The notes under the pieces: generated by a model
Database searches by the model: none
Seen by the model: only the letters and a program-made list of their open reading frames with translations
What the model was told of the DNA's origin: nothing
Assembly: GCA_963791105.1 (NCBI GenBank)
Contig: CAWBRA010000008.1
Span: 13,458 to 77,457 of the forward strand
From: an uncultured Actinomycetota bacterium
GTDB lineage: Bacteria > Actinomycetota > Actinomycetes > Propionibacteriales > Nocardioidaceae
DNA: 64,000 nucleotides
Direction: 5' to 3'
Program-made: the position numbers and the translations under genes
In this document: one piece after another, positions 51,018-61,495 of the stretch
Layout: each line of letters begins with the position of its first letter
How positions within the stretch are numbered: position 1 is the stretch's first letter

Positions 51018-51063
51018 GGCCTCAGCCTAGTTGGCGGCGCGCAGCCACCAGACCTGTGGCCGG

Positions 51064-51747
51064 TCAGTACCAGCCGTTGCCCTGCGAGTGCGACCACGCG
51101 GAGCAGGGCGAGCCGTAGCGGCTCTGGATGTAGCCCAGGCCCCAGCGGATCTGGGTCTCGGCGTTGCTCTCCCAGTTGGGGCCGGCGGAGGCCATCTTCG
51201 AACCGGGAAGCGCCTGCGGGATGCCGTAGGCCGAGGAGCTCGGGTTGTCGGCACGCACGTTCCAGCCCGACTCCTTCGTCCACAGGCTGTCCAGGCAGCC
51301 GAACTGGGAAGCGGCCATGCCGAACTCCGGCATCAGGGCGCGGGCCAGCGTCTTCGGGTCGGCGGTGGTGAGGTCGGCGGACCGGGTGACGGCCGCGCCG
51401 GACGCGTTGGAGAGCACCCGGACCTTGGCCCGGTCGGTGGCCGGTCGGCGGTCCCCGGCCGATCGCGACGCGCGGTCCTCGCGCTCGGCGAGCTCGTCCT
51501 GGGTGAGGCCGGCTGCGGGCGCGGAGGAGGACAGGGCGGCCGCGGCACCGTCCATCGGCGTGACGGACCCCAGCACGCCCGCGGAGACCGCGAGCGTGGT
51601 GGCCACGACGGCAACCCCGGAGAGACCGGCGATGCGGCGGATGCGGCGGCTGACCTGGGAGTGGACCTGTTCGACGGGCGCGCGGCGGTGCTTGGCGGCG
51701 TACTTCTCAGACAAGGGTGACCCTAGCGTTGACGACATGGACGTCAT
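51064..51747 (-). CDS. Secreted lytic transglycosylase-like (SLT / aggregation-promoting-factor C-terminal-like) protein
   Basis: N-terminal TM/signal. C-terminal CLDSLWTKESGWNVRADNPSSSAYGIPQALPGSKMASAGPNWESNAETQIRWGLGYIQSRYGSPCSAWSH. Confidence 0.7.
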   Translation of the reverse strand: MTSMSSTLGSPLSEKYAAKHRRAPVEQVHSQVSRRIRRIAGLSGVAVVATTLAVSAGVLGSVTPMDGAAAALSSSAPAAGLTQDELAEREDRASRSAGDRRPATDRAKVRVLSNASGAAVTRSADLTTADPKTLARALMPEFGMAASQFGCLDSLWTKESGWNVRADNPSSSAYGIPQALPGSKMASAGPNWESNAETQIRWGLGYIQSRYGSPCSAWSHSQGNGWY

Positions 51748-51884
51748 TCACGCTCGACGTGCTGGGGGGAAGCGCGGAGCGTGCGGGGGAAGACGTCCAC
51801 CTTCCCGCACGAAACGGGCAGTTGCAAGTTGAACTGCCGTTCCACGGGCGTGACCTCCCCCACGCCGCGGCGTGTCACGCTCAA

Positions 51885-51909
51885 CGAGTCGAGTCGAGTC
51901 GAGTCGAGA
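51885..51909. repeat. (CGAGT)4-5 pentanucleotide microsatellite
   Basis: cgagtcgagtcgagtcgagtcgaga, between the phoH2 stop and the SLT leader. Confidence 0.9.
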
Positions 51910-51932
51910 CGCGCCGCGGCGGGGCGGCGGGG

Positions 51933-53255
51933 TCACATGGTCATGTGCTCCAGCATCTCGGTGACCAGCGCTGCGATCGGGGAGCGCTCGGAGCGGGTCA
52001 GCGTGACGTGCGCGAACAGCGGGTGCCCCTTGAGGCGGTCCACCACCGCGACCACGCCGTCGTGGCGACCGACCCGGAGGTTGTCGCGCTGGGCCACGTC
52101 GTGGGTGAGCACGACCTTGGAGTTGGCACCGATCCGCGAGAGCACGGTCAGCAGCACGTTGCGCTCCAGCGACTGCGCCTCGTCGACGATCACGAAGGCG
52201 TCGTGCAGCGACCGGCCGCGGATGTGCGTCAGCGGGAGCACCTCCAGCATGCCGCGGTCCAGGACCTCGTCCACGACGTCGGAGGTGGTGATCGCCCCGA
52301 GGGTGTCGAAGACGGCCTGGCCCCAGGGCGACATCTTCTCCGACTCGCTGCCGGGCAGGTAGCCGAGCTCCTGGCCACCCACCGCGAACAACGGGCGGAA
52401 CACGACCACCTTCTTGTGCGTACGCCGCTCGAGCACCGTCTCCAGCCCGGCGCAGAGGGCCAGCGCGGACTTGCCGGTGCCGGCTCGGCCACCGAGCGAG
52501 ACGATGCCGACCTCGGGGTCGAGCAGGACGTCGAGCGCGATCCGCTGCTCGGCCGAGCGGCCGTGGATGCCGAACGCCTCCCGGTCGCCGCGCACGAGGT
52601 GGACGCGCTTGTCGGGGCCGACCCGGCCCAGGGCGCTGCCCCGTTCGGAGACCAGCACCAGCCCGGTGTGGCAGGGCAGCTCGCGGGCGTCGTCGAGGTC
52701 GACCACCTGGTCGTCGTAGAGCTCGTCGAGGTCGGTGCCGGCGACGTCGATCTCGGCCATGCCGGTCCACCCGGCGTCGGACTCGTGGATCTGCTCGCCG
52801 CGGTACTCGGCCGCGTCGAGGCCGACCGCGGAGGCCTTGATCCGCAGCGGGAGGTCCTTGGAGATCAACGTGACGACGTGGCCCTCGTTGGCCAGGTTGC
52901 GCGCCACGGCGAGGATCCGGGTGTCGTTGTCACCGAGCCGGAAGCCGGAGGGAAGCGAGTCGGGATCGGTGTGGTTCAGCTCGACGCGGACGGTGCCGCC
53001 GAGGTCCCCGACCGGGACCGGTTCGTCCAGGCGACCGTTCTGCACCCGGAGCTCGTCGAGCCCACGCAGGGCCGAGCGCGCGAAGTACCCGAGCTCGGGG
53101 TGGTGCCGCTTGCCCTCCAGCTCGGTGATCACCACGACCGGCAGGACGACCTCGTGCTCCTCGAACCGTTTCAAGGCTCCCGGGTCGGCCAGCAGGACCG
53201 AGGTGTCGAGAACGTAGGTACGGCGTACCTGGGCGGATGCGCTCTTCGTTGCCAC
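51933..53255 (-). CDS. phoH2: PIN-domain / PhoH-like ATPase fusion (PhoH2)
   Basis: N-terminal PIN (YVLDTSVLL...VVITELEG) and C-terminal PhoH ([22 protein letters not shown]). Confidence 0.9.
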   Translation of the reverse strand: MATKSASAQVRRTYVLDTSVLLADPGALKRFEEHEVVLPVVVITELEGKRHHPELGYFARSALRGLDELRVQNGRLDEPVPVGDLGGTVRVELNHTDPDSLPSGFRLGDNDTRILAVARNLANEGHVVTLISKDLPLRIKASAVGLDAAEYRGEQIHESDAGWTGMAEIDVAGTDLDELYDDQVVDLDDARELPCHTGLVLVSERGSALGRVGPDKRVHLVRGDREAFGIHGRSAEQRIALDVLLDPEVGIVSLGGRAGTGKSALALCAGLETVLERRTHKKVVVFRPLFAVGGQELGYLPGSESEKMSPWGQAVFDTLGAITTSDVVDEVLDRGMLEVLPLTHIRGRSLHDAFVIVDEAQSLERNVLLTVLSRIGANSKVVLTHDVAQRDNLRVGRHDGVVAVVDRLKGHPLFAHVTLTRSERSPIAALVTEMLEHMTM

Positions 53256-53528
53256 GGGTTCCCCTTGTGACCGGTGCGCGCACTCCTGCGCCCCGGTCCG
53301 TTAGCAGGTGTGCTCGGACCGGGACTGGCGCCGGGGGTCTGAGTGCTGACCTCCGGTGATGCAGTGGTCGTGATCTCTCACGAACTTCGCCTCCTGGTAT
53401 CGGCCTGCTTCCCCGCAGGCCGACACCTGCAAACTAATCCCGGGGTGGTTGCCCGAGGCGGGCGACACGCCAGAACGCGGGGGTGAAGGGCCGGCGACGA
53501 GGCCCGTCGGACCACCCCGCGAGTCGGC

Positions 53529-54305
53529 TCAGGAGCCGAAGCGACGCTCCCGCTCGGCGTACGCGCGGACCGCCCGGAGGAAGTCGACCCGGCGGAAGTC
53601 GGGCCAGTAGGCCTCGCAGAAGTAGAACTCGCTCTGGGCGCTCTGCCACAGCAGGAAGCCACCGAGTCGCTGCTCGCCGCTGGTGCGGATCACGAGGTCC
53701 GGGTCGGGCTGGCCCTTGGTGTAGAGGTGCTCGGCGATGTGCTCGACGTCGAGCACCCCGGCCAGCTCCTCCAGGGTGGTGCCCTTGCCGGCGTGCTCGT
53801 GCAGCAGCGCCCGGACGGCGTCGGCGATCTCGCGGCGGCCGCCGTACCCGACAGCGATGTTGACGAGCATCCCCTCGACGTCGCGCGTCGACTCGGCCGC
53901 CTCCTTGAGCCGCTCGGCCATCTTCGCCGGCAGCAGGTCCAGGGCACCGACCGGGTGCAGCCGCCAGCGGCGCTGCTCGGCGAGCGTCTCGACCGCGTCA
54001 CCGATGATGTCGAGCAGCGGCTCGAGCTCGTGCGAAGGGCGGTTGAGGTTGTCGGTGGAGAGCAGCCAGAGCGTCACCACCTCGACGCCGATCTCCTCGC
54101 ACCAGCCGAGGAGGGGCTCGATGTTCGCGGCGCCCGCGCGGTGGCCCTGCGCCGTGTCGGCGCCGACCGCCTTGGCCCAGCGCCGGTTGCCGTCGAGCAT
54201 CACCCCGACGTGCTTGGGCAGCCGCTTGGTCGGCAGGCGTCGCACCACTCGCGCTTCGTAGGCCGGATAGAGCACCCGGCGTAGTCCCTGCTTCCAGTCC
54301 GCCAC
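53529..54305 (-). CDS. uppS: Isoprenyl transferase / undecaprenyl-diphosphate synthase family
   Basis: HVGVMLDGNRRWA, LWLLSTDN and IRTSGEQRLGGFLLWQSAQSEFYF. Confidence 0.9.
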   Translation of the reverse strand: MADWKQGLRRVLYPAYEARVVRRLPTKRLPKHVGVMLDGNRRWAKAVGADTAQGHRAGAANIEPLLGWCEEIGVEVVTLWLLSTDNLNRPSHELEPLLDIIGDAVETLAEQRRWRLHPVGALDLLPAKMAERLKEAAESTRDVEGMLVNIAVGYGGRREIADAVRALLHEHAGKGTTLEELAGVLDVEHIAEHLYTKGQPDPDLVIRTSGEQRLGGFLLWQSAQSEFYFCEAYWPDFRRVDFLRAVRAYAERERRFGS

Positions 54306-54388
54306 GCGAGTGACTGTACCCGCGTGAGAGGTCTGTGATGTCGCACTCGTTGGTACTCACGTGCGGTGGCCACAGGTAGTTTTGTCCC

Positions 54389-55127
54389 ATGGCCGCACAC
54401 CGCCCCACCCCGCACGAGGTCGCTGACCGCGTCGCCGAGAACGCCCACGAAGCGGCCGAGCACGTCCGCTCGAAGGTCCGTCATGCCAGGGACGAGGTCA
54501 AGCCCCACCTGCGCGGGTGGCTGCACGCCAGCACCGCCCCGCTCGCCCTCGCGGCAGGCATCGTCCTGGTGGTGCTGTCCCCGACCCTGACCACCCGTGT
54601 CGGGTCGGCGATCTTCGCGTTCACGGCGCTGCTGCTCTTCACCGTCTCGGCGATCTACCACCGGGGCAACTGGTCACCGCGCATCTGGGGCTTCCTGCGG
54701 CGCTTCGACCACTCCAACATCTTCCTGCTGATCGCCGGGTCCTACACGCCGTTCACCCTGATCCTGCTCGACGGGCAGCGCCCGGGTCGGCCTGCTCGCG
54801 ATCGTGTGGTCCGGCGCCATCCTGGGCGTGGCCTTCCGGATCTTCTGGATCGACGCACCCCGCTGGGTCTACACCCCGATCTACTTCGCGCTGGGCTGGG
54901 TGGCGATCTTCTACGCAGGCGACTTCTCCTCCGCCGGGACCGCTGTGATCACCCTGATCGCCGTCGGCGGCGGCCTCTACACCCTCGGCGGCCTGGTCTA
55001 CGGCCTCAAGCGCCCCAACCCGTTCCCGACCTGGTTCGGCTTCCACGAGGTGTTCCACACCTTCACCATCGCCGCGTTCGTGTGCCACTACGTGGCGGCG
55101 AGCATTGCGACGTACCAGCTGCGGTAG
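54389..55127 (+). pseudogene. Hemolysin III / PAQR family channel protein, frameshifted
   Basis: The N-terminal part (...LRGWLH...AIYHRGNWS...FDHSNIFLLIAGSYTPFTLILLDG) is in one frame. The C-terminal part (ARVGLLAIVWSGAILGVAFRIFW...FHEVFHTFTIAAFVCHY, stop 55125-55127) is in another. The junction is at 54762-54790. Confidence 0.8.
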
Positions 55128-55136
55128 GCGACCGGT

Positions 55137-55197
55137 GGTTTCCCACGGTCCCGTGGGAAACCCGAGCTTCCCGTGCTTTGCAAAGGACGGGAAGCTC
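55137..55197. promoter_or_regulatory. Two adjacent near-perfect palindromes/hairpins
   Basis: GGTTTCCCACGG-tc-CCGTGGGAAACC at 55137-55162. GAGCTTCCCGT-gctttgcaaagg-ACGGGAAGCTC at 55164-55197, followed by TTTT. Confidence 0.8.
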
Positions 55198-55214
55198 AGG
55201 TTTTGCACGGGAAG

Positions 55215-55344
55215 CTGGTGCCAGAGGTACGCCGCAACCGCCTCACGTGGCCTCCTGCGCACGGGGACACTGGTGCCAGAGGTACGCCGCAACCGCCTCA
55301 CGTGGCTTCCTGCGCACGGGGACACTGGTGCCAGAGGTACGCCG
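55215..55344 (+). repeat. 55-bp tandem repeat, 2 full copies plus a degenerate third
   Basis: The unit CTGGTGCCAGAGGTACGCCGCAACCGCCTCACGTGGCCTCCTGCGCACGGGGACA starts at 55215, 55270 and 55325. Copies 1 and 2 differ at one position. Copy 3 diverges after 20 nt but stays related to about 55390. Confidence 0.9.
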
Positions 55345-55399
55345 GAGCAGCCTCAGGTGACCCCCGCGGCCCGCTTCCTGCCGGGCGCGCTCGACGGCA

Positions 55400-57388
<1,989 letters not shown>

Positions 57389-57617
57389 CAGACCCTTTCC
57401 CAGTCACTCTTCACAGTGGCGATCGCTGTCCATGGCAGATGCTCGGAGAGGTCTTGCAGACGCACGTTCCGCGCATCCCCGCCCGAGCCAACCAGCTCCA
57501 GCCCAGTGTGACGCACACCCTGCGACTCCCGACTGCACGCTCTACGTGCGAGGACCAAGTTCATGACACCCGACCCGGGTGCTGGACGCGAACGGACGAA
57601 CGGGGTACTCCAGTGAG

Positions 57618-58235
57618 GTGAAGATCTTCCGTGGCAGGCAGGTGGCGCCCACTGCCTGGCGTCAGCTGCTCCGCCCGATGACCCTCGCTGCAGCATTCGC
57701 TCTGGCCGTGGCGAGTGGGTGCGGCGCATCCGGTTCCGGGGAGGCAACGGGACCGTTGCGGACCGTGAACGGGCACTTCACGAACATGCTGTTCCCCATG
57801 GGGGAGCCGTCGTACGCCACCTTCCCGGTCTGCAGCACCGAGGGCGACCAGCGGGTGAAGCTCGTCTCGTTGGCTCCGGAGAAGCTCTCCGGTGCCGACC
57901 GGGTCGAGTTCCGGGCTGCGTGGATCGGGCCGTCGGAGGACGGGCTGACCATCGGCGCAGGCAGGCTGTCGGAGCTGGAGGCCCCGTTCGGGAAGGCCGA
58001 GGGGACCGAGGGGACCGTCGCCTCGTGCGACGAGGGGCGTGACGCGCTGACGATCGCGGTGCTCCTCCCGGATGCGCGGACGGCTGCGGCGGTCGTCGAC
58101 GGCGTCGAGATGGTCTACGCGATCGACGGCCGGGAGCACACCGACCGAGTTGCCGTGACCTTCGGCGTCTGTGCGAGCGATCCCGCGGAGCCGGCGAACG
58201 AGCCGGAGGACTGCGACCCGTCGTCCGGGGGCTGA
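57618..58235 (+). CDS. Hypothetical lipoprotein
   Basis: Lipobox LAVASGC. The start is uncertain (GTG 57618 or ATG 57678). Confidence 0.5.
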   Translation: MKIFRGRQVAPTAWRQLLRPMTLAAAFALAVASGCGASGSGEATGPLRTVNGHFTNMLFPMGEPSYATFPVCSTEGDQRVKLVSLAPEKLSGADRVEFRAAWIGPSEDGLTIGAGRLSELEAPFGKAEGTEGTVASCDEGRDALTIAVLLPDARTAAAVVDGVEMVYAIDGREHTDRVAVTFGVCASDPAEPANEPEDCDPSSGG

Positions 58236-58301
58236 CCTGGTCGTCGGGACGACGTGCGACGCCTGAGCGAAGGGCGCACCGGGCGCGGGGGGCCGGCGGG
58301 G

Positions 58302-58760
58302 TCAGGCCAGGACGGAGGGCGGCAGCTCGATGTCGGGCACGAGCTCGACGAGGAGCTCCCGCACCCGGTGGTCGAGGTCGCCGATGATCGCGCGGACGGT
58401 CGCCTCGTCCTGGCCACCGGGGTCGGCGACCGGCCAGTCGGTGTAGCGCACGCCCGGGACGTAGGGGCACTGCTCGCCACAGCCCAGGGTGATCGCCATC
58501 GTGCTGGCCGCGATCGTCTCCCGGGTCAGCAGCTTGGGCTGCTCGCCGGAGGTGTCCAGGCCCAGCTTCTCCAGGACGTCGGCCACCTCACGGTGGATGT
58601 GCTCACCCGGTTGGGTGCCCGCCGAGACCGCAGTGACGCGACCCTGCGCGTAGTGCTCGGTGAGCACCCTGCTGATCACCGAGCGCCCGCCGTTGCGGAC
58701 GCACGCGAACACCACCTGTGGCGGCGTACCGCTGGGGCGGCTCGCCTCGGCGGCGCTCAC
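58302..58760 (-). CDS. arsC: Arsenate reductase, LMW-PTPase type
   Basis: VVFACVRNGGRS (C-x5-R-S P-loop). GTGA overlap with acr3. Confidence 0.85.
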   Translation of the reverse strand: MSAAEASRPSGTPPQVVFACVRNGGRSVISRVLTEHYAQGRVTAVSAGTQPGEHIHREVADVLEKLGLDTSGEQPKLLTRETIAASTMAITLGCGEQCPYVPGVRYTDWPVADPGGQDEATVRAIIGDLDHRVRELLVELVPDIELPPSVLA

Positions 58761-59863
58761 CGGGGGGCTCCCGCCGTGCTGGGCGTGGTGAAGAACCGAC
58801 GTGCCCAGAGGCTGACGTAGACCAGCGCGACCAGGGCGGGCACCTCGATCAGGGGGCCGACGACGCCGGCGAGCGCCTGGCCGGAGGTGACGCCGAAGAC
58901 GCCGATGGCCACCGCGATGGCGAGCTCGAAGTTGTTGCCCGCGGCCGTGAAGGACACCGCCGTCGCGCGCCGGTAGTCGAACCCGAGTGCCCGGGTCAGC
59001 AGCATCGAGCCGCCCCACATGACCGCGAAGTAGACGAGCAGCGGCAGCGCGATGCGGGCCACGTCGAGGGGACGGCTGGTGATGGTGTCGCCCTGGAGCG
59101 CGAACAGGATCACGATCGTGAACAGCAGCCCGTAGAGGGCGGCCGGGCCGATCCTGGGCAGGAAGCTCGACTCGTACCACTCGCGACCCCGGGACCGCTC
59201 CCCCAACGTCCTGGTCAGGAATCCCGCCAGCAGCGGGATGCCCAGGAAGACCAGCACGCTCTTGGCGATGCCCCACATCGAGACGTCGAGCTCGGACTGC
59301 CCCAGGCCGAGCCAGCCGGGCAGGACCTGGAGGTAGAAGTAGCCGAGCAGCGCGAACGCCAGGATCTGGAAGACGGCGTTGATGGCGACCAGGATCGCCG
59401 CCGCCTCACGGTCGCCGCCGGCCAGGTCGTTCCAGATCAGCACCATCGCGATGCAGCGCGCCAGCCCCACGATGATCAACCCGGTGCGGTACTCCGGCAG
59501 GTCCGGCAGCAGCAGCCAGGCGAGGGCGAACATCAGCGCCGGCCCGAGCACCCAGTTGAGCAGGATCGAGGTGCCCAGCATCCGCCCGTCGCCGGTGACG
59601 TGGCCGAGCTCGTCGTAGCGCACCTTGGCCAGCACCGGGTACATCATCACCAGCAGCCCGAGGGCGATCGGCAGCGACACCGACCCCACCTCGACCGCCG
59701 CGAGCGCGTCGTCGAGACCTGGGACCAGGCGGCCGAGCAGCAGGCCGACCACCATGGCGAGGCCGATCCAGGCCGGCAGGAACCGGTCGAGGGTGGAGAG
59801 CCGGTGGAGCACGTCGGCCTCGGGAACGTCCTCGTCGCGCAGGGCGTGCTCGGTGTTGCTCAT
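58757..59863 (-). CDS. acr3: ACR3-family arsenite efflux transporter
   Basis: LDRFLPAWIGLAMVVG, GLARCIAMVLIWN and AGNNFELAIAVAI. Confidence 0.92.
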   Translation of the reverse strand: MSNTEHALRDEDVPEADVLHRLSTLDRFLPAWIGLAMVVGLLLGRLVPGLDDALAAVEVGSVSLPIALGLLVMMYPVLAKVRYDELGHVTGDGRMLGTSILLNWVLGPALMFALAWLLLPDLPEYRTGLIIVGLARCIAMVLIWNDLAGGDREAAAILVAINAVFQILAFALLGYFYLQVLPGWLGLGQSELDVSMWGIAKSVLVFLGIPLLAGFLTRTLGERSRGREWYESSFLPRIGPAALYGLLFTIVILFALQGDTITSRPLDVARIALPLLVYFAVMWGGSMLLTRALGFDYRRATAVSFTAAGNNFELAIAVAIGVFGVTSGQALAGVVGPLIEVPALVALVYVSLWARRFFTTPSTAGAPR

Positions 59864-60219
59864 CGGACGACCACCTCGGGTGCGAACAGGTTGCCGAGCG
59901 CGGCCATCGCCTCGGGACGGGCCTGGTAGAACACCCAGGTGCCACGCTTCTCGCGGTCCAGCAGGCCGGCGTCGTGAAGCACCTTCAGGTGATGGCTCAT
60001 CGTCGGCTGGGAGAGGTCGAAGTAGGGCAGCAGGTCGCACACGCAGGCCTCGGCCCCCTCGTGGGACAGCACCAGCGACATCAGCCGCAGCCGCGTCGGG
60101 TCGGCGATCGCCTTGAGCAGCGGGGCGATCTGGGTCGCCGAGCCGGCGGTCAGTGGTTCCCGGGCCAGCGGCGTGCAGCACGCCAGCGAGCTCGTCGTCA
60201 GCACGGTGGAGTTCGACAT
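59860..60219 (-). CDS. arsR: ArsR/SmtB-family metalloregulator
   Basis: LKAIADPTRLRLMSLV, ACVCDL and SQPTMSHHLKVL, plus an N-terminal Cys pair LACCTP. ATGA overlap with acr3. Confidence 0.88.
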   Translation of the reverse strand: MSNSTVLTTSSLACCTPLAREPLTAGSATQIAPLLKAIADPTRLRLMSLVLSHEGAEACVCDLLPYFDLSQPTMSHHLKVLHDAGLLDREKRGTWVFYQARPEAMAALGNLFAPEVVVR

Positions 60220-60229
60220 CGGTCTATCT

Positions 60230-61495
60230 TCACACACGTCGATACGGTGCCCGGCCAGGGGCACCGACCCGCGGCACCGTCCCCAGCATCAGCAGCGCGG
60301 CCAGTGCAGCGATGCCTGCCAGGACGAGGAACGCGTGCGCGTGGGAGCCGAGCAGGTGGGCCAGGGCTGCGCCGGCGAACGGTGCCAGCGCCGCAGCGAC
60401 CAGAGCAGGCGCCGTGAGCAGGCCGTTGAGCCGGCCGTAGGCCACCGGTCCCCAACGGTCGGTGACGGCGGTGGCCTGGACCAGTGTGTAGATGCCGCGA
60501 GCGAGCCCGAGGAGCATGCCGAGTCCCAGCAGCAACCCGGCCGACGGAGGCGCCAGGGCGAGTGCCCCGGTCGCCAGCGCGACCGCGCTGACGACGAGGA
60601 CGCCGCGCATGGTCACCGAGGTCGAGCGTGCGACCCGGGCGTAGCCGAGGCGACCCAGGACCTGACCCACTCCACCCAGGGCGAGGGTTAGCACGGCCAG
60701 GTTGCGGCTCAACCCCTGCTCCAGCAGCATCGGGACCAGGTTGACCAGGACGGCGTACGCCGCGAACGCGGTCAGGGCGTTGGCGACGCTCAGCCTGAGG
60801 AACGCTGCGCTCCGTTCGACCGACGCGGAGCCCGGCACCGGGGGTCTCGGGTCGCGCCGTTCGGGTTCCGCCCCGTTCGCATCCCCGTGCGCGCGCCAGG
60901 GATGGTCCAGGCCCCACCAGTGCAGCGGGAGCGTGATGGTCACCAGGCCGGCCAGCAGGACCAGGTAGGCCACGCGCCAGCCCAGCTGGGCGTCGAGCGC
61001 CGCAGCGAGCGGCGCGAAGACCGTGCTGGCCAGGCCGGCGACCAGGGTGAGCGTGGTCAGCGCCGACACCCGGCGGTGACCTCCCCAGTGGGTCAGCGCA
61101 GCGAACGCGGGCGGGTAGAGCATCCCGGCCATCGCGAACCCGATGAGCACCCAGCCGGCGTAGAACCAGCCGAGCGTGGGCGCCAGCGCGACGCCCAGGA
61201 TCCCGGGTACGGCGAGGAAGGTCGCACCGGTCATCAACCGGCGGGGTCCATGGACATCGAGGTGCCGACCCACCCAGATGCCGGCCCCGGCGGAGACCAG
61301 CTGCGCGAGAGAGAACGCTCCGGTGACTGCGACTCCCGACCAACCGGTGTCGGCGACGATGGACGACTGCAGCGCGGCGAAGGCGTAGTACAGGCAGCCC
61401 CAGGAGACGATCTGGACGATGCTCAGCGCCGCGACCACGCGCCGCAGCCCGGCACCGTCGAGGGCGCCGGGTGCGGCGGCGAGCGTCGCCGGCAC
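60230..61495 (-). CDS. MFS transporter
   Basis: About 12 TM segments in two halves separated by a charged loop. The GTG start overlaps the upstream stop by 1 nt (TAGTG). Confidence 0.8.
   Translation of the reverse strand: MPATLAAAPGALDGAGLRRVVAALSIVQIVSWGCLYYAFAALQSSIVADTGWSGVAVTGAFSLAQLVSAGAGIWVGRHLDVHGPRRLMTGATFLAVPGILGVALAPTLGWFYAGWVLIGFAMAGMLYPPAFAALTHWGGHRRVSALTTLTLVAGLASTVFAPLAAALDAQLGWRVAYLVLLAGLVTITLPLHWWGLDHPWRAHGDANGAEPERRDPRPPVPGSASVERSAAFLRLSVANALTAFAAYAVLVNLVPMLLEQGLSRNLAVLTLALGGVGQVLGRLGYARVARSTSVTMRGVLVVSAVALATGALALAPPSAGLLLGLGMLLGLARGIYTLVQATAVTDRWGPVAYGRLNGLLTAPALVAAALAPFAGAALAHLLGSHAHAFLVLAGIAALAALLMLGTVPRVGAPGRAPYRRV

Noticed and set aside
51748-51884. ydaO/c-di-AMP riboswitch upstream of the SLT hydrolase gene
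   Set aside because: The context is right, but I could not locate the conserved ydaO core segments, only a weak GGGGGAGGTCA similarity. I kept it as an unassigned structured leader pending a covariance-model scan.
54389-55360. 323-aa ORF suggesting hemolysin III extends through the palindromes and tandem repeats
   Set aside because: After about residue 128 the translation is nonsense. The authentic C-terminus is in another frame and stops at 55127.
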